Counted from the first letter of the stretch, positions 30,527 through 41,334 are shown. The stretch: 64,000 nt of DNA from an uncultured Methanoregulaceae archaeon (GCA_963717525.1 OY970343.1:1120001-1184000); one strand, 5' to 3'. The notes: generated by a model not told the origin, from the letters alone. A program made the numbers and translations.

Positions 30527-32609
30527 ATTCCGGTATTCCAAGGAAAGCCTTGGAACCGGGTTCCGGAGAACCATTGCAGCGCTTTCCCGTCGGTCGACAC
30601 AGGGGCATCTCCTGCTTCTGTCAACTGCGATCATGGCTTTAGTAATCGGCATCATCGTGCTTTTTGTCGATATGCCACTTCTCCTGATGGGCATCCTCTC
30701 CGTGGTCTCGCTTGCCACATTGATTATTTTTGTGGGCGGGGCCCGGGCCCGCTTTTTTCCGCCCAGTATGCCCGATGAAGGTGTGCCAGTCCAGTCCGGC
30801 CCGGCTGAGGGATCTTATGCAAAAACCCATAGCCCGCTAAATCTCCCCGGTTTCGTGATACAATTCATTCGGCTCGCCCGGTCGATGGGGAACCGGACAG
30901 ACCGTGGCGATGCGATGATCCTTGCCAGCTGTATCGTGGGGATCCTGGCCGGGTACATCGCGCTTTTTATTGATCTGCCGCTGCCACTCCTTGCACTCTC
31001 CGGTATTGTATCCATTGTTGCACTTGGGAATGCCTGTATTGCAGCGGCGTTCAGATTTGCGCCGGAGCGGATGGCAGTACTGCAGTCAAACCAGCACCAT
31101 GCCACATTTTTCCCCGCTGGGGCTGACCAGCCGGAAGAACCCCACCCCGAACCCGCTCCGGAACCGGTCCCTGCCGAACTCCCGGACAAACCAGGAACCG
31201 AAATACTCGATGTGTACTGGGTCCAACCACCGTTTGCGTACATCAAGCTCGCCCGGCAGGGAAACTTAGGTTTCATCTACACCGTTGTCGAACCGGTGAT
31301 TGCGACCCGGGAGAAGATCATCCTCCAGGAAGCCTACAATTACCTCCGCGATGTCATCATTTTTGACAATCCTGACAAGCCCACGCACGACCTGCTAAGC
31401 CGGGAGAACGTATATCGCATCCTCCGGGAGAACGATCCCACGATCGATCCCGAGCGGCTCCCCATCCTCGAATATTTCCTGCAGCGCGACCTTTCGGGAT
31501 TCGGCCTTCTTGAACCACTCATGCACGATCCAGCACTTGAGGATATCAGTTGTAATGGTGAGGACCTGCCGGTCTTTATCTTCCACCGGACCTATGGCAG
31601 CCTTCGGACGAGCGTGCTCTTCCGCAAGGGGGAACTCAACCAGTTTGTCCTGAAACTTGCCCAGAAAGCCAACAAGCAGATCTCGCTCTCGAACCCCATG
31701 GTCGATGCGGCTCTCCCTGACGGCTCGCGTGTCCAGGTCACCTACAGCAATGTCATCTCCACCCATGGCAGTTCTTTTACAATCCGGAAATTCCGGACCG
31801 AGCCGATGACACCCCTTGACCTGATAAAGTTCGGGACCTATAACAGCGAGATCCTCGCCTTCCTCTGGCTGGTCATCGAACACCGGAAAAGCCTCATTGT
31901 CGCCGGCGGGACAGCAAGCGGCAAAACCTCGACCTTGAACGCGATCTCGCTTTTTATCCCGCTCAACTCGAAGATCGTGTCCCTGGAGGATACCCGGGAG
32001 ATCCAGCTCCCTCACAAGAACTGGCTGGCGACCCAGACACGGGAATTAAATACGCCGGGAGTACAGGGAGATGTCGATCTCTTCTCGCTTTTGAAATCCT
32101 CCATGCGCCAGCGCCCTGAGTACATCATTGTCGGTGAAGTGCGGGGCAGGGAAGCCCAAACCCTTTTCCAAGCCATGAACACCGGCCATGCAACGCTTTC
32201 AACTATCCACTCCGGTAGCGTCCAGGAAGCCATCAACCGGCTGACCCACGAACCAATCAACGTCCCGTCAGTCATGTTCACCGCGCTCGATCTCGTCGTT
32301 AGCCAGGCCGTCTACACCTTCGGCAGCCTCAGGGTACGGCGCTGCTCCGCCATCCACGAGATCTCGGTTGACGATCAGGGAACTATCCTGCCGGTAAAAT
32401 TGTACGAGTGGGATATCAGCAACCAGCGGTTCTGTAAAACTCCTGTGCGGTCAAAGGTGCTCGATGAGATCGCTGCGATGCGGAACTGGTCGATGGAACA
32501 GGTGGCAGACGAGCTGAGGCGGCGGGAAGAGTTCCTGAACATTGCAGTCGATGTCCCCCCGCCGGACATCATCGATCTTGCAAACGCCATCCACGATCTC
32601 GGGGAATGA
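30510..32609 (+). CDS. Type IV pilus / T2SS assembly ATPase (VirB11/ArlI-like) with N-terminal TM segments
   Basis: GGTASGKT; SLEDTRE; RQRPEYIIVGEVRG; MNTGH..STIH. Confidence 0.92.
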   Translation: MTMTPEFRYSKESLGTGFRRTIAALSRRSTQGHLLLLSTAIMALVIGIIVLFVDMPLLLMGILSVVSLATLIIFVGGARARFFPPSMPDEGVPVQSGPAEGSYAKTHSPLNLPGFVIQFIRLARSMGNRTDRGDAMILASCIVGILAGYIALFIDLPLPLLALSGIVSIVALGNACIAAAFRFAPERMAVLQSNQHHATFFPAGADQPEEPHPEPAPEPVPAELPDKPGTEILDVYWVQPPFAYIKLARQGNLGFIYTVVEPVIATREKIILQEAYNYLRDVIIFDNPDKPTHDLLSRENVYRILRENDPTIDPERLPILEYFLQRDLSGFGLLEPLMHDPALEDISCNGEDLPVFIFHRTYGSLRTSVLFRKGELNQFVLKLAQKANKQISLSNPMVDAALPDGSRVQVTYSNVISTHGSSFTIRKFRTEPMTPLDLIKFGTYNSEILAFLWLVIEHRKSLIVAGGTASGKTSTLNAISLFIPLNSKIVSLEDTREIQLPHKNWLATQTRELNTPGVQGDVDLFSLLKSSMRQRPEYIIVGEVRGREAQTLFQAMNTGHATLSTIHSGSVQEAINRLTHEPINVPSVMFTALDLVVSQAVYTFGSLRVRRCSAIHEISVDDQGTILPVKLYEWDISNQRFCKTPVRSKVLDEIAAMRNWSMEQVADELRRREEFLNIAVDVPPPDIIDLANAIHDLGE

Positions 32610-32610
32610 G

Positions 32611-34443
32611 ATGACCGTTCTTTCATCTCTTAAATCCGCGGGTACCTCCCTTGAGAATTTCGAATTCGTTATTCTTGGTACAAATCTCAAGAAGGATCTC
32701 CGCTCCGCCCATCTTCCCTACACTGCTGAGCAGTATCTCCGCACCACACGGATGAACGCCGCTGCGTCAATTGCGTTTTTTTTCGGATTCCTCGCCTTTG
32801 TCCAGATCACCGGATATAATTTTGGGCTCTTTGCGCTGATCCCCCCGGTTTTGTTCTGGATCTTCTTATTTGCCCTGTGTGTGCCGGGAGTGTATCTCTT
32901 CCAGGTCTATTACCCGGTGATGCTTGCCCGGGGGAGGAAGTCAAAGATCGATCTCGACCTGCCCTATGCGGTCTCGTACATGCAGGCCCTCTCCACCACG
33001 ATGTCTCCTTTTGAGGTTGTACAAAAGATTTACGAGGAGAAATCGATGTTTGGTGAGGTCTCACTTGAATTCGGCCAGGTGGTCAGGGATGTTGAACTCT
33101 TCGGAGACGACCTGATAACCGCGCTGCGCAATGTCCAGAAAACCACGCCCTCGCCCCTGTTCCGGGACTTCATCAACGATCTGGGCGTCGTCTACGAGAG
33201 CGGTGGCGATATCACTGCGTACCTCTCCTCAAAAACCGCGTTCTTCCACGAACAGGCGAAAAGGGAACTGGATCTCCTGCTCAAGACCATCGAGATCATG
33301 GCGGAGGTGTATGTCTCTGCATTTGTTGCAGGACCCATTGCTTTGATCATCATGATTGTGGCGCAGGGAATGACCAGCCAGTCGGCGATGACCTGGCTTG
33401 TTCCCTTTATGTACCTGGTCATCCCTGTCGGGGCCATCATCATGATCTGGATGCTCTCGGTCATGCTGCCTCCGGAGAATCTGGAGATCACCCGAAGGGA
33501 GATGGCCGATGCCGGGTTCAGCTCCGGGATATCGAGCAATGATTATCCCTTCAAGGAGGAGGTGGCATTTTTCAAGGCACTTGAGGCCAAGAAAAAAGAG
33601 CGCCGGATTTACAACCTGCTCCGGCACCCGTTCCGTACCTATATCACCAACTATAGCTACGGGCTATTCGCCGGGGCGGTCTGTGCCGGGATCTTCTCCG
33701 TCCTGCTGATGACCGGGGGAATGGATGCCCTTTTTCCCAATAATGCATTTGAAGCCGGCGCCTGCATGATCATGATCGGATTTATGGCGCCGGTCTCCCT
33801 TGCATATGAAGGGCGGCGATGGTATGTTAACAATGTCGAGGCAAACATCCCCGAATTCCTGCGCGAGCTCTCCGATATGATCGAGATCGGCCTGACGCTG
33901 CCGGACGCGATCCAACGGATCTCCAACGCGAAGCTGGGCCTGTTGAGCTCGGAGCTCGCCATCGTCTCCCGGGATGTGAGCACGGGGGCGTACATCAACG
34001 CCGCGTTGGTGCGCATGGAAGAACGGATCGGTCTGGTCTCGGTTAAACGGGCGATTTCCCTGCTGGTCAAAGCAAGTGAAATTACTTCTAACCTTCGGGA
34101 AATTTTTGTTATTGCCATCACTGACTTCGAACATTACCTGAAACTCAGGAGTGAGCGAGCAAACACTGCGATCGTCTATGTGATGATTATCTACCTTTCG
34201 TTTGGGATCTACCTTTACACCGCATACCAGCTCAACGGGCCTTTTATGTCGAGTTTTTCCTCGTTCAACCTCAATTTTAACATTGCAGATAATGTGAGGG
34301 AAATGTTTGACATCGGGGTCATTCTCGGTCTCTTCTCCGGCATCATGGCCGGCCAGTTCAGCTCGAACAGCATCCTTGCCGGGTTCAAGCACAGCATCGC
34401 CCTTCTCGCGGCGGCGGTGGCGATGTTTGTTTTCATTGTTTAA
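32611..34443 (+). CDS. Type II secretion F (TadC/ArlJ-like) platform protein
   Basis: Two T2SSF repeats: IDLDLPYAVSYM, EANIPEFLRELS; SGIMAGQ. Confidence 0.9.
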   Translation: MTVLSSLKSAGTSLENFEFVILGTNLKKDLRSAHLPYTAEQYLRTTRMNAAASIAFFFGFLAFVQITGYNFGLFALIPPVLFWIFLFALCVPGVYLFQVYYPVMLARGRKSKIDLDLPYAVSYMQALSTTMSPFEVVQKIYEEKSMFGEVSLEFGQVVRDVELFGDDLITALRNVQKTTPSPLFRDFINDLGVVYESGGDITAYLSSKTAFFHEQAKRELDLLLKTIEIMAEVYVSAFVAGPIALIIMIVAQGMTSQSAMTWLVPFMYLVIPVGAIIMIWMLSVMLPPENLEITRREMADAGFSSGISSNDYPFKEEVAFFKALEAKKKERRIYNLLRHPFRTYITNYSYGLFAGAVCAGIFSVLLMTGGMDALFPNNAFEAGACMIMIGFMAPVSLAYEGRRWYVNNVEANIPEFLRELSDMIEIGLTLPDAIQRISNAKLGLLSSELAIVSRDVSTGAYINAALVRMEERIGLVSVKRAISLLVKASEITSNLREIFVIAITDFEHYLKLRSERANTAIVYVMIIYLSFGIYLYTAYQLNGPFMSSFSSFNLNFNIADNVREMFDIGVILGLFSGIMAGQFSSNSILAGFKHSIALLAAAVAMFVFIV

Positions 34444-34454
34444 ATGGAGGGCAT

Positions 34455-34904
34455 ATGCGACAAAAAAACAGCAGCAGGAACCAGGCAGTTTCGGAAGTTG
34501 TAGGAGAAATGCTCATGATCGGACTGGTACTGATCCTTGCGGCGGTCTTTACCTCCCAACTCCCAAATTACCTGCCCTCTGAACGAAGTCCTACAGTTAC
34601 GATCATGATGAGCAACGACACCTTGGGAAATGTAACCCTCTGGCACAAAGGCGGCGACTGGGTGAAGGTAGATACACTTAAGGTCATTATCTCGAACCAA
34701 ACTCACACAACAACATTTACTTATTCGGGAACGCCCGGTTTCATCTTTGTGCCCGATCCTACAGAACCCGACAGTTCGGTCTTTGACCTCGGGGGCAATG
34801 TTACTATCATATCCAACGCACCTTTGGCCGGCGACGAGAAAATCGTCCTTGCCACGGATCGTGCGGTACTCTTTTCAGGTGTCATAAGCGGCGGGCAGCC
34901 ATGA
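34455..34904 (+). CDS. Type IV pilin (DUF1628)
   Basis: QAVSEVVGEMLMIGLVLILAA; HKGGD. Confidence 0.85.
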   Translation: MRQKNSSRNQAVSEVVGEMLMIGLVLILAAVFTSQLPNYLPSERSPTVTIMMSNDTLGNVTLWHKGGDWVKVDTLKVIISNQTHTTTFTYSGTPGFIFVPDPTEPDSSVFDLGGNVTIISNAPLAGDEKIVLATDRAVLFSGVISGGQP

Positions 34905-35860
34905 GAGACGATGCGATAGCGCCGGTAATTGCCGCGATGCTGATCCTTGCAGCACTCGTGACATTCTTTTCGATCTGGAATGCAGTCTACGTCCCCTCAA
35001 TGAAAGAATCATCAGAGGTTGGGCACCTCGAGAACGTAGAGTCGGCATTCCAGCATTTTTCATCGGACATCGATTACGCGGCCTCGTCATATCAGAATAA
35101 CCTCATTTTCAGCGAACCGGTCCAGCTTGGTGGAGGGGATGTGATGGTCAACCTGCTCAAATCGAGCGGGACGCTGCAGGTGCAGAATGAAACGGATCCA
35201 ATCTATACATTAATTCTCACGGATGGAGCGGGAAATACTGTTGCCCTCGTGAATAGTTCAATAGTAGATTTCTCATACCAACCCGTGAATAATTTCTGGC
35301 AGAACCAGGGCTACCGGTGGCAGTACGGCTACATCAACGTGACCAAATACGGAGAACTCTCGACACCTCTGGGGTACTACAACATGACCGATGTTGAAAA
35401 CGAAATCAGTACACCCGGTTCGCTTCAGACTTTTGCACAGTCATTTGGGATGGTTTCTGCGACTCCGAACATGACACCACAGGGGTATGGAAACCTCTCC
35501 GACCTCGATCTTTGGGTTGTGAGCATGTATGCCAACCCGGCTCATTCGTTTGTCAGCGGCAATGGATTCGGTTCGCTCAGGCTTACATCTGCCATCAATA
35601 CTACGTCTTATACGAACATCGCGGAAATTTCCATCGGATCAAACGACGCCTTATTCGGGTCCGGGGTTATGGACAATTGGTACTCAGGGTTCAGTAGAAT
35701 AAGTACGACATATTCTCCCTACCCGGCCAACATAATAGTGGATAACAGTCAAGGCGTTGACAACTACCTCTACTACAACGGCTCGACAATCAATCAACCG
35801 ACAGACATGCCGGTGACCGTGAACCTCCACCAAGTAAATATTGAAATCAGCGCGAACTAA
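34901..35860 (+). CDS. Large minor pilin-like protein
   Basis: RDDAIAPVIAAMLILAAL..YVP...E..H class III-like N-terminus. Confidence 0.75.
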   Translation: MRDDAIAPVIAAMLILAALVTFFSIWNAVYVPSMKESSEVGHLENVESAFQHFSSDIDYAASSYQNNLIFSEPVQLGGGDVMVNLLKSSGTLQVQNETDPIYTLILTDGAGNTVALVNSSIVDFSYQPVNNFWQNQGYRWQYGYINVTKYGELSTPLGYYNMTDVENEISTPGSLQTFAQSFGMVSATPNMTPQGYGNLSDLDLWVVSMYANPAHSFVSGNGFGSLRLTSAINTTSYTNIAEISIGSNDALFGSGVMDNWYSGFSRISTTYSPYPANIIVDNSQGVDNYLYYNGSTINQPTDMPVTVNLHQVNIEISAN

Positions 35861-36653
35861 CCTCATGAAAAGCGAGAGCGATAATCAAGACTTTATCCGG
35901 TGGAAATTCTGGAAGAAGAGAAAAGTTCGATAGGATGGATGCAGTTCGGTCAGCCATATTCGGTACGATCACGATATCATAGTCCATCGGAACAATTTCG
36001 TAGAGAAACGGTCAAAGAAGAAATCAAAATAACTCAAGAATCTGTATGGGCATACTCCGTTGGCCAATCATGAACTCGCTTTCCTCAAGAAAGAAAACCC
36101 GAGGTTGCGTATATTGGAACCTGCACATCATGTGCTGAAAAAAGATCCGGATCCCGGGCCGGATTTTCCGGCTATTCCGGAGATTTCTCGAATTTCAGAT
36201 GTCAAGACTTTTCCTTTAATAGGAATTAAAAAATATCCTATAGGATTTTCCTATAGGACACATTTTTCGACACTTCCCGGACATACACCGGAGAAATTCA
36301 CCGGAGATCCGGAGCCGGGCCGGGATCTGAATCCCCGTTCGGGCCGGAACAAAACCAATATTGCCCAATACGACAAATTCAAAAAAAGGAAGATTATGCG
36401 GATAAAGGCAGGGAAATGTTTCCAAAAACTATTTTTTTACTGCATTGAATTTACTAACAAGTGTCAGAGATTTTAAAAATAATTCGCTTGAACGTATCGG
36501 CCTTTTAGAAAAAACCCGGCGCCTTTATTTTCTGCATGTGGGCCCCAGTCAGTTTCACCCTCCGCGCCCGGGGGTTCATATACCGTCGTGCTTCACTCCT
36601 CCTCACACAACGTCAGTGCCCGGGCCGCACATACCTGCCCGGGAGGACTTTTC

Positions 36654-38011
36654 ATGAACGCACCGCAGACATCATCCGCACACACCTCTCCCGGACCACA
36701 GGAAACTCCCCTTACCCTTCTCAGGAAATACTGGGGCTATCCGGGATTCCGCCCGCACCAGGAAGCAATCGTAGCCTCGGTCATTGGCGGAAACGACACG
36801 CTCGCGATCCTGACGACCGGGAGCGGGAAATCGCTCTGCTACCAGCTGCCTGCGGTGTACTTTGGCGGCCTTACCATCGTGATCTCCCCTCTCCTCGCGC
36901 TCATGAAAGACCAGGTGGACGCGCTCAATGACCGGGGCATCATGGCCGCCGCATGGAACAGCATGCTCGATGCGCCCGGGCGCAGCCGGATCGAGACGGC
37001 AATGCGGGACGGCAGGCTCCGGCTCCTGTTTATCTCGCCGGAGAAATGCCTGAAGCCGGGGTTCCTTGAATTCCTGCAGGCCTTCCCGGTCCGGCTTGTC
37101 GCGATTGACGAGGCGCACTGCATTTCTGAATGGGGCCATGATTTCCGGCCCGAGTACCCGTGACCTCGCCCGGCTGCGGAAGTGCTTCCCGTCCGCACCG
37201 GTTATCGCGCTCACGGCAACGGCCGCCCCGGAGGTGCGAAGGGACATCTGCCGGCGAGCTCGGCCTTGTGAACCCCAACGAATTCGTGGGCAGTTTCGAC
37301 CGGGAGAACCTGCAGTACCCGGGTCATCAGAAAGAAGAACCCGGCAATCCAGCTGGCGGAGATCTGTTGCCGGCACAGGAACGAGTCCGGTATCGTGTAC
37401 TGCCTGAGCAAGAAGGAGACCGAGGAGTGCGCAGCCGATCTCAAGAAGCGCGGCTTTACGGCGCTCGCGTACCATTCCGGCCTCTCCGCCCGGTCCGGGA
37501 GGCCGTGCAGGACGCGTTCCTGAAAAATGTCGCCCGGATCGTCTGCGCTACCGTCGCGTTCGGCATGGGGATCGACAAGCCCGACGTGCGCTTTGTCGTC
37601 CACTACGATATCCCGAAATCCGTCGAATCCTATTACCAGGAGACCGGCCGGGCTGGCCGGGACGGGAGGCCTGCAGAGTGCGTCCTCCTCTACAGCCGGG
37701 GGGATGCGATCCGGGTCAGGTTCATGCTCGACCGCGATGGCGCAGGCGAACAGGCAGCCCGGATCGCGCAGCGGAAACTCCGGGACATGACCCGGTACTG
37801 CGAGACGGCCGGCTGCCGGAAAAAATTCCTCTTATTCTATTTTGGCGAACAGCCCGCCGGCACGGGCTGCGGGGACTGCGACACCTGCGCCGGAAAGGTT
37901 CCTGTACCGGGCAGGAGGGCACCGGCCCGGCGCTCCCTAAAGAAGGCCGACCGTACCGCACATGCCGGGATGACGGTGCCCCGGCACGGTTACCCGATCC
38001 CGAGTGTTTAA
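36654..38011 (+). CDS. recQ: RecQ helicase (no HRDC), split by about 4 frameshifts
   Basis: [60 protein letters not shown]. Confidence 0.9.
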
Positions 38012-38041
38012 AAAGCCAGCCTCCGGATAATTCCCTCAGGC

Positions 38042-39595
38042 ATGATCGATACCTCAGGACTTCCCGAAAACCCTGGCTGTTATCTCTATACCGATGCGGC
38101 AGGAACCATCATCTACGTCGGGAAGGCAAAGAACCTCAAAAAAAGGGTATCGAGCTACTTTACCAAGAAAGACCACGACGCGAAGACCCAGAGCCTCGTT
38201 GCCCGGACCGCCGCAGTCGACGTGGTGGTGACGGACACCGAGACCGAGGCGTTCCTTCTTGAAAATACCCTCATCAAAAAACACCAGCCGAAGTACAATA
38301 TCGACCTCAAGGACGCCAAGCGCTACGCGTGGATCGAGCTGACAAAGGAGGAGTACCCGAGGCTGGTGATCGCCCGCCGGGCAACGGGTAATGGCACGTT
38401 TTTCGGGCCTTTTGTCTCCGCTGCCGAGCGCGACCATGTGCTTGCCGTCGCAAAAAAGGTCTTCCACCTGCGGACCTGCAAAAAGCTCCCGAAACGCCCC
38501 TGCCTCAGGCGGCACATGCAATCCTGCAGCGCCCCCTGTACGGGCACCGTGAGCCCTGCGGAGTACGAAGAGAACGTGAAAAAGGCCGCGTTGCTCCTGA
38601 GGGGCCGGCCCACGGAGCTGCTCGATGAACTCCGGCGCGAGATGGTGGCACATTCTGCGGCAGAGGAGTACGAGCGGGCGCTCGTCATGCGAAACGAGAT
38701 TGGGGCGATCGAACACCTTGCCGAGCGACAGCATGTCGAGCGCCGGAGGGAGTACGACCAGGACGTGATCGCGTACCAGGTTACCGAGGGGAAGGTCTAC
38801 CTGACCATTTTCAACGTCGAACGGGGAACGCTCGTGAACAAGCAGGAGTTCACGTTCGATGCCGGTGAAGACTTCTTCGAGGAATTCCTCGTCCAGTACT
38901 ACTCGGAGCGCGAACCCCCGAAGGAGCTGATCCTCAGCCATGAAACGGATCCTGCGCTCGCAGAATTCCTTTCGGCAAAAAAGGGCAGGCAGGTCGATAT
39001 CGTTGTCCCGCAGCGGGGGGAAAAGCGGCAGCTCCTCGACCTTGCACAGAAGAACCTGGAGATCGCGTTCTTCCGCGACACACTCAAGAGCGCCGAACTG
39101 GGCGCAGCCCTGCACCTGCCTCATCCCCCCACCGTCATCGAATGCTTCGATATCTCCCATCTCTCCGGCACCGCGATGGTCGGGTCGATGGTTCAGTTCC
39201 GGGACGGGAGACCGGACAAGAGCAACTACCGGCGCTTCAAAGTGAGGACGGTCGAAGGAATTGACGATTTCGCATCGATTGCAGAGATTGTAACACGGCG
39301 GTACAAGCGCCTGTCAGAAGAGCATGCCCCGTTCCCGGACCTTGTGATTGTTGATGGCGGCAGGGGACAGCTCTCGGCTGCACGCAATGCACTTGCTGCC
39401 CTTGGGGCCGCAAGCCAGCCCGTGATTGCGATCGCAAAGCGGGAGGAGGAAATCTATACACCTGATGAGGATCTCCCGCTCAGGCTCGACAAAAAAAGCA
39501 TAGCGCTCCGGTATGTCCAGGAGATCCGGGATGAAGCGCACCGGTTTGCCATCACCTACAACCGGCTGCTCAGGAAAAAGAAGGTCATCACCTGA
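38042..39595 (+). CDS. uvrC: Excinuclease ABC subunit C
   Basis: GIY-YIG IIYVGKAKNLKKRVSSYF; IECFDISH; PDLVIVDGG; RDEAHRFA. Confidence 0.96.
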   Translation: MIDTSGLPENPGCYLYTDAAGTIIYVGKAKNLKKRVSSYFTKKDHDAKTQSLVARTAAVDVVVTDTETEAFLLENTLIKKHQPKYNIDLKDAKRYAWIELTKEEYPRLVIARRATGNGTFFGPFVSAAERDHVLAVAKKVFHLRTCKKLPKRPCLRRHMQSCSAPCTGTVSPAEYEENVKKAALLLRGRPTELLDELRREMVAHSAAEEYERALVMRNEIGAIEHLAERQHVERRREYDQDVIAYQVTEGKVYLTIFNVERGTLVNKQEFTFDAGEDFFEEFLVQYYSEREPPKELILSHETDPALAEFLSAKKGRQVDIVVPQRGEKRQLLDLAQKNLEIAFFRDTLKSAELGAALHLPHPPTVIECFDISHLSGTAMVGSMVQFRDGRPDKSNYRRFKVRTVEGIDDFASIAEIVTRRYKRLSEEHAPFPDLVIVDGGRGQLSAARNALAALGAASQPVIAIAKREEEIYTPDEDLPLRLDKKSIALRYVQEIRDEAHRFAITYNRLLRKKKVIT

Positions 39596-39689
39596 TTCGC
39601 TCCACGGAGCCCGGAAAAAATCGTGCCAGTAGTCAAACGTTTATATGCTCCGTGATAGAGTATTGACCTAGAGGACAACGGAGGATATC

Positions 39690-40064
39690 ATGCCAGACTT
39701 TTTCAACCCATTCAGTGGCACCGTTCCGGACCGTAAGCTGACAAAGGATGAACTCCTGAGGGCCATCCGGCTCGATATTGCCGGTGAACTCGAAGCGATC
39801 CACGGGTACCTTGCCCACGCGGATGCAACCGACAATGCACTCGCCAGGGCCGTGCTCACCGATATCGCAAACGAGGAGCGTGTCCACGCCGGTGAACTTA
39901 TCCGGCTTCTCGGAATCCTGACAAACGGCGAGGAGGATGGGTATCTCATGAAGGGAAAACTCGAAGTGGATGCCACAGCCGCAGGACTGGCCTCCCCGGC
40001 GCCGGAAGCGGCAGCCGCAAAGGATGAACCGACTATTGGATCACTCAAAACAACTGGGGCGTAA
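39690..40064 (+). CDS. Ferritin-like encapsulin cargo protein
   Basis: ELEAI..Y; DIANEERVHAGE diiron motifs; C-terminal loading peptide PTIGSLK. Confidence 0.88.
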   Translation: MPDFFNPFSGTVPDRKLTKDELLRAIRLDIAGELEAIHGYLAHADATDNALARAVLTDIANEERVHAGELIRLLGILTNGEEDGYLMKGKLEVDATAAGLASPAPEAAAAKDEPTIGSLKTTGA

Positions 40065-40067
40065 ACC

Positions 40068-40856
40068 ATGGCAAATAATTATCTTGGACGTGATGATGCA
40101 CCGATCGAAGCATCCACCTGGAAGCTGATCGACGATATGATGGTACAGGCTGCAAAGAGCCAGATCGCTGGCCGCCGGATCCTCCCCATTGAAGGGCCGT
40201 ACGGCTTTGGCCTCAAGGCCATCCCGATGGGGGACTATGCAGTCGAGGACGGGATCATAGGGAGCACCGCGATCCCCATGACCATGATCCGGACGGAATT
40301 TTCCCTCGCCAAGCGCGACCTTGCTTCCTTTGAACGCGACCACCTCGTCCTTGACACGACGCCGGTGGCATGCGCGGCGATGGACGCGGCGGCAAAAGAG
40401 GACAGGATCGTCTTCTCGGGCCTCGCCGGCATCTCCGGGCTGCTCAACACAGATGGGGCAGGCTCACTTACCCTTGCCAAGTGGGACAAGATCGGGGCAG
40501 CCGCTGACCAGATCATTGATGCGGTGACAAAACTGGATGCGGCAGGGTTCCACGGGCCCTACTCTATGGCCCTTGCCCCGGCCCAGTACAACCTTCTCCT
40601 GCGGCGGTACCCGCAGGGAGATGGTACCGAGCTCGACCACATCAGATCCATTGTAACCGATGGCGTGATCAAGGCCCCGGCGCTCAAGAAGGGAGGGGTG
40701 CTGCTTGCGGCAGGCATCCAGTACTCATCCATCGCGATCGGCCAGGACATGGTGACCGCGTACAACGGGCCGGTAGGGGATCTCCTCGAATTCCAGATCT
40801 ACGAGAGCCTTGCGCTCCTCGTCCGTGCCCCGGAATCGATCCTCGTGCTGAAGTAA
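40068..40856 (+). CDS. Family 1 encapsulin shell (linocin M18-like)
   Basis: YLGRDDAPI...W..ID; GRRILPIEGPYG; AAAKEDRIVF.G; GFHGPY; IGQD. Confidence 0.93.
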   Translation: MANNYLGRDDAPIEASTWKLIDDMMVQAAKSQIAGRRILPIEGPYGFGLKAIPMGDYAVEDGIIGSTAIPMTMIRTEFSLAKRDLASFERDHLVLDTTPVACAAMDAAAKEDRIVFSGLAGISGLLNTDGAGSLTLAKWDKIGAAADQIIDAVTKLDAAGFHGPYSMALAPAQYNLLLRRYPQGDGTELDHIRSIVTDGVIKAPALKKGGVLLAAGIQYSSIAIGQDMVTAYNGPVGDLLEFQIYESLALLVRAPESILVLK

Positions 40857-40905
40857 AAACCATACCTTTTTTTTGGAAGTCCCGCCAGCGTGGAGAAAAC
40901 CGGCC

Positions 40906-41292
40906 ATGTATACCAGAAATATCTGCCTGTGTGCATCTGTTCTTCTGCTCGTCATTACCCTCACCGCCGGTGCCGGCTGCCTGAGCACCATGAATGTAGC
41001 AGATAGCTCGGCCGGTCCTGTCCACGCCCACTTCGAGTACCAGGACTCATGGTCACCGGAATACGGCTGCTATACCCACCTGACCGGGTACGTGTACAAC
41101 GCGGGAAACGTCTCCACGGAAAACCTGAAGCTGGACTTCAACCTGGTGAATACGGGAACCGGTACAATCCGCGATTCACGATCCATTTATATCGGCAGCA
41201 TCGGATCGGGCAGCACTCTGACCTACGAGACGATCCTTGACGGTGAATGTTCGCAGGACTACCGGGTGGACTTTGCATTTGAAAACCCGTAA
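40906..41292 (+). CDS. Small lipoprotein (FxLYD-like Ig fold)
   Basis: Lipobox GAGC; TGYVYNAG. Confidence 0.6.
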   Translation: MYTRNICLCASVLLLVITLTAGAGCLSTMNVADSSAGPVHAHFEYQDSWSPEYGCYTHLTGYVYNAGNVSTENLKLDFNLVNTGTGTIRDSRSIYIGSIGSGSTLTYETILDGECSQDYRVDFAFENP

Positions 41293-41334
41293 GCTTCCCG
41301 CCTGACCGGGGAGATTCTCCCGCACACGGATCCC

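Noticed and set aside
35865..36600. Track ORFs in the gap before recQ
   Set aside because: Not protein-like; the region is AT-rich and palindrome-rich.
38054..39160. Long antisense ORF over uvrC (and similar ones over feoB, pyrD/K and sensor genes)
   Set aside because: Shadow frames of GC-rich genuine genes.
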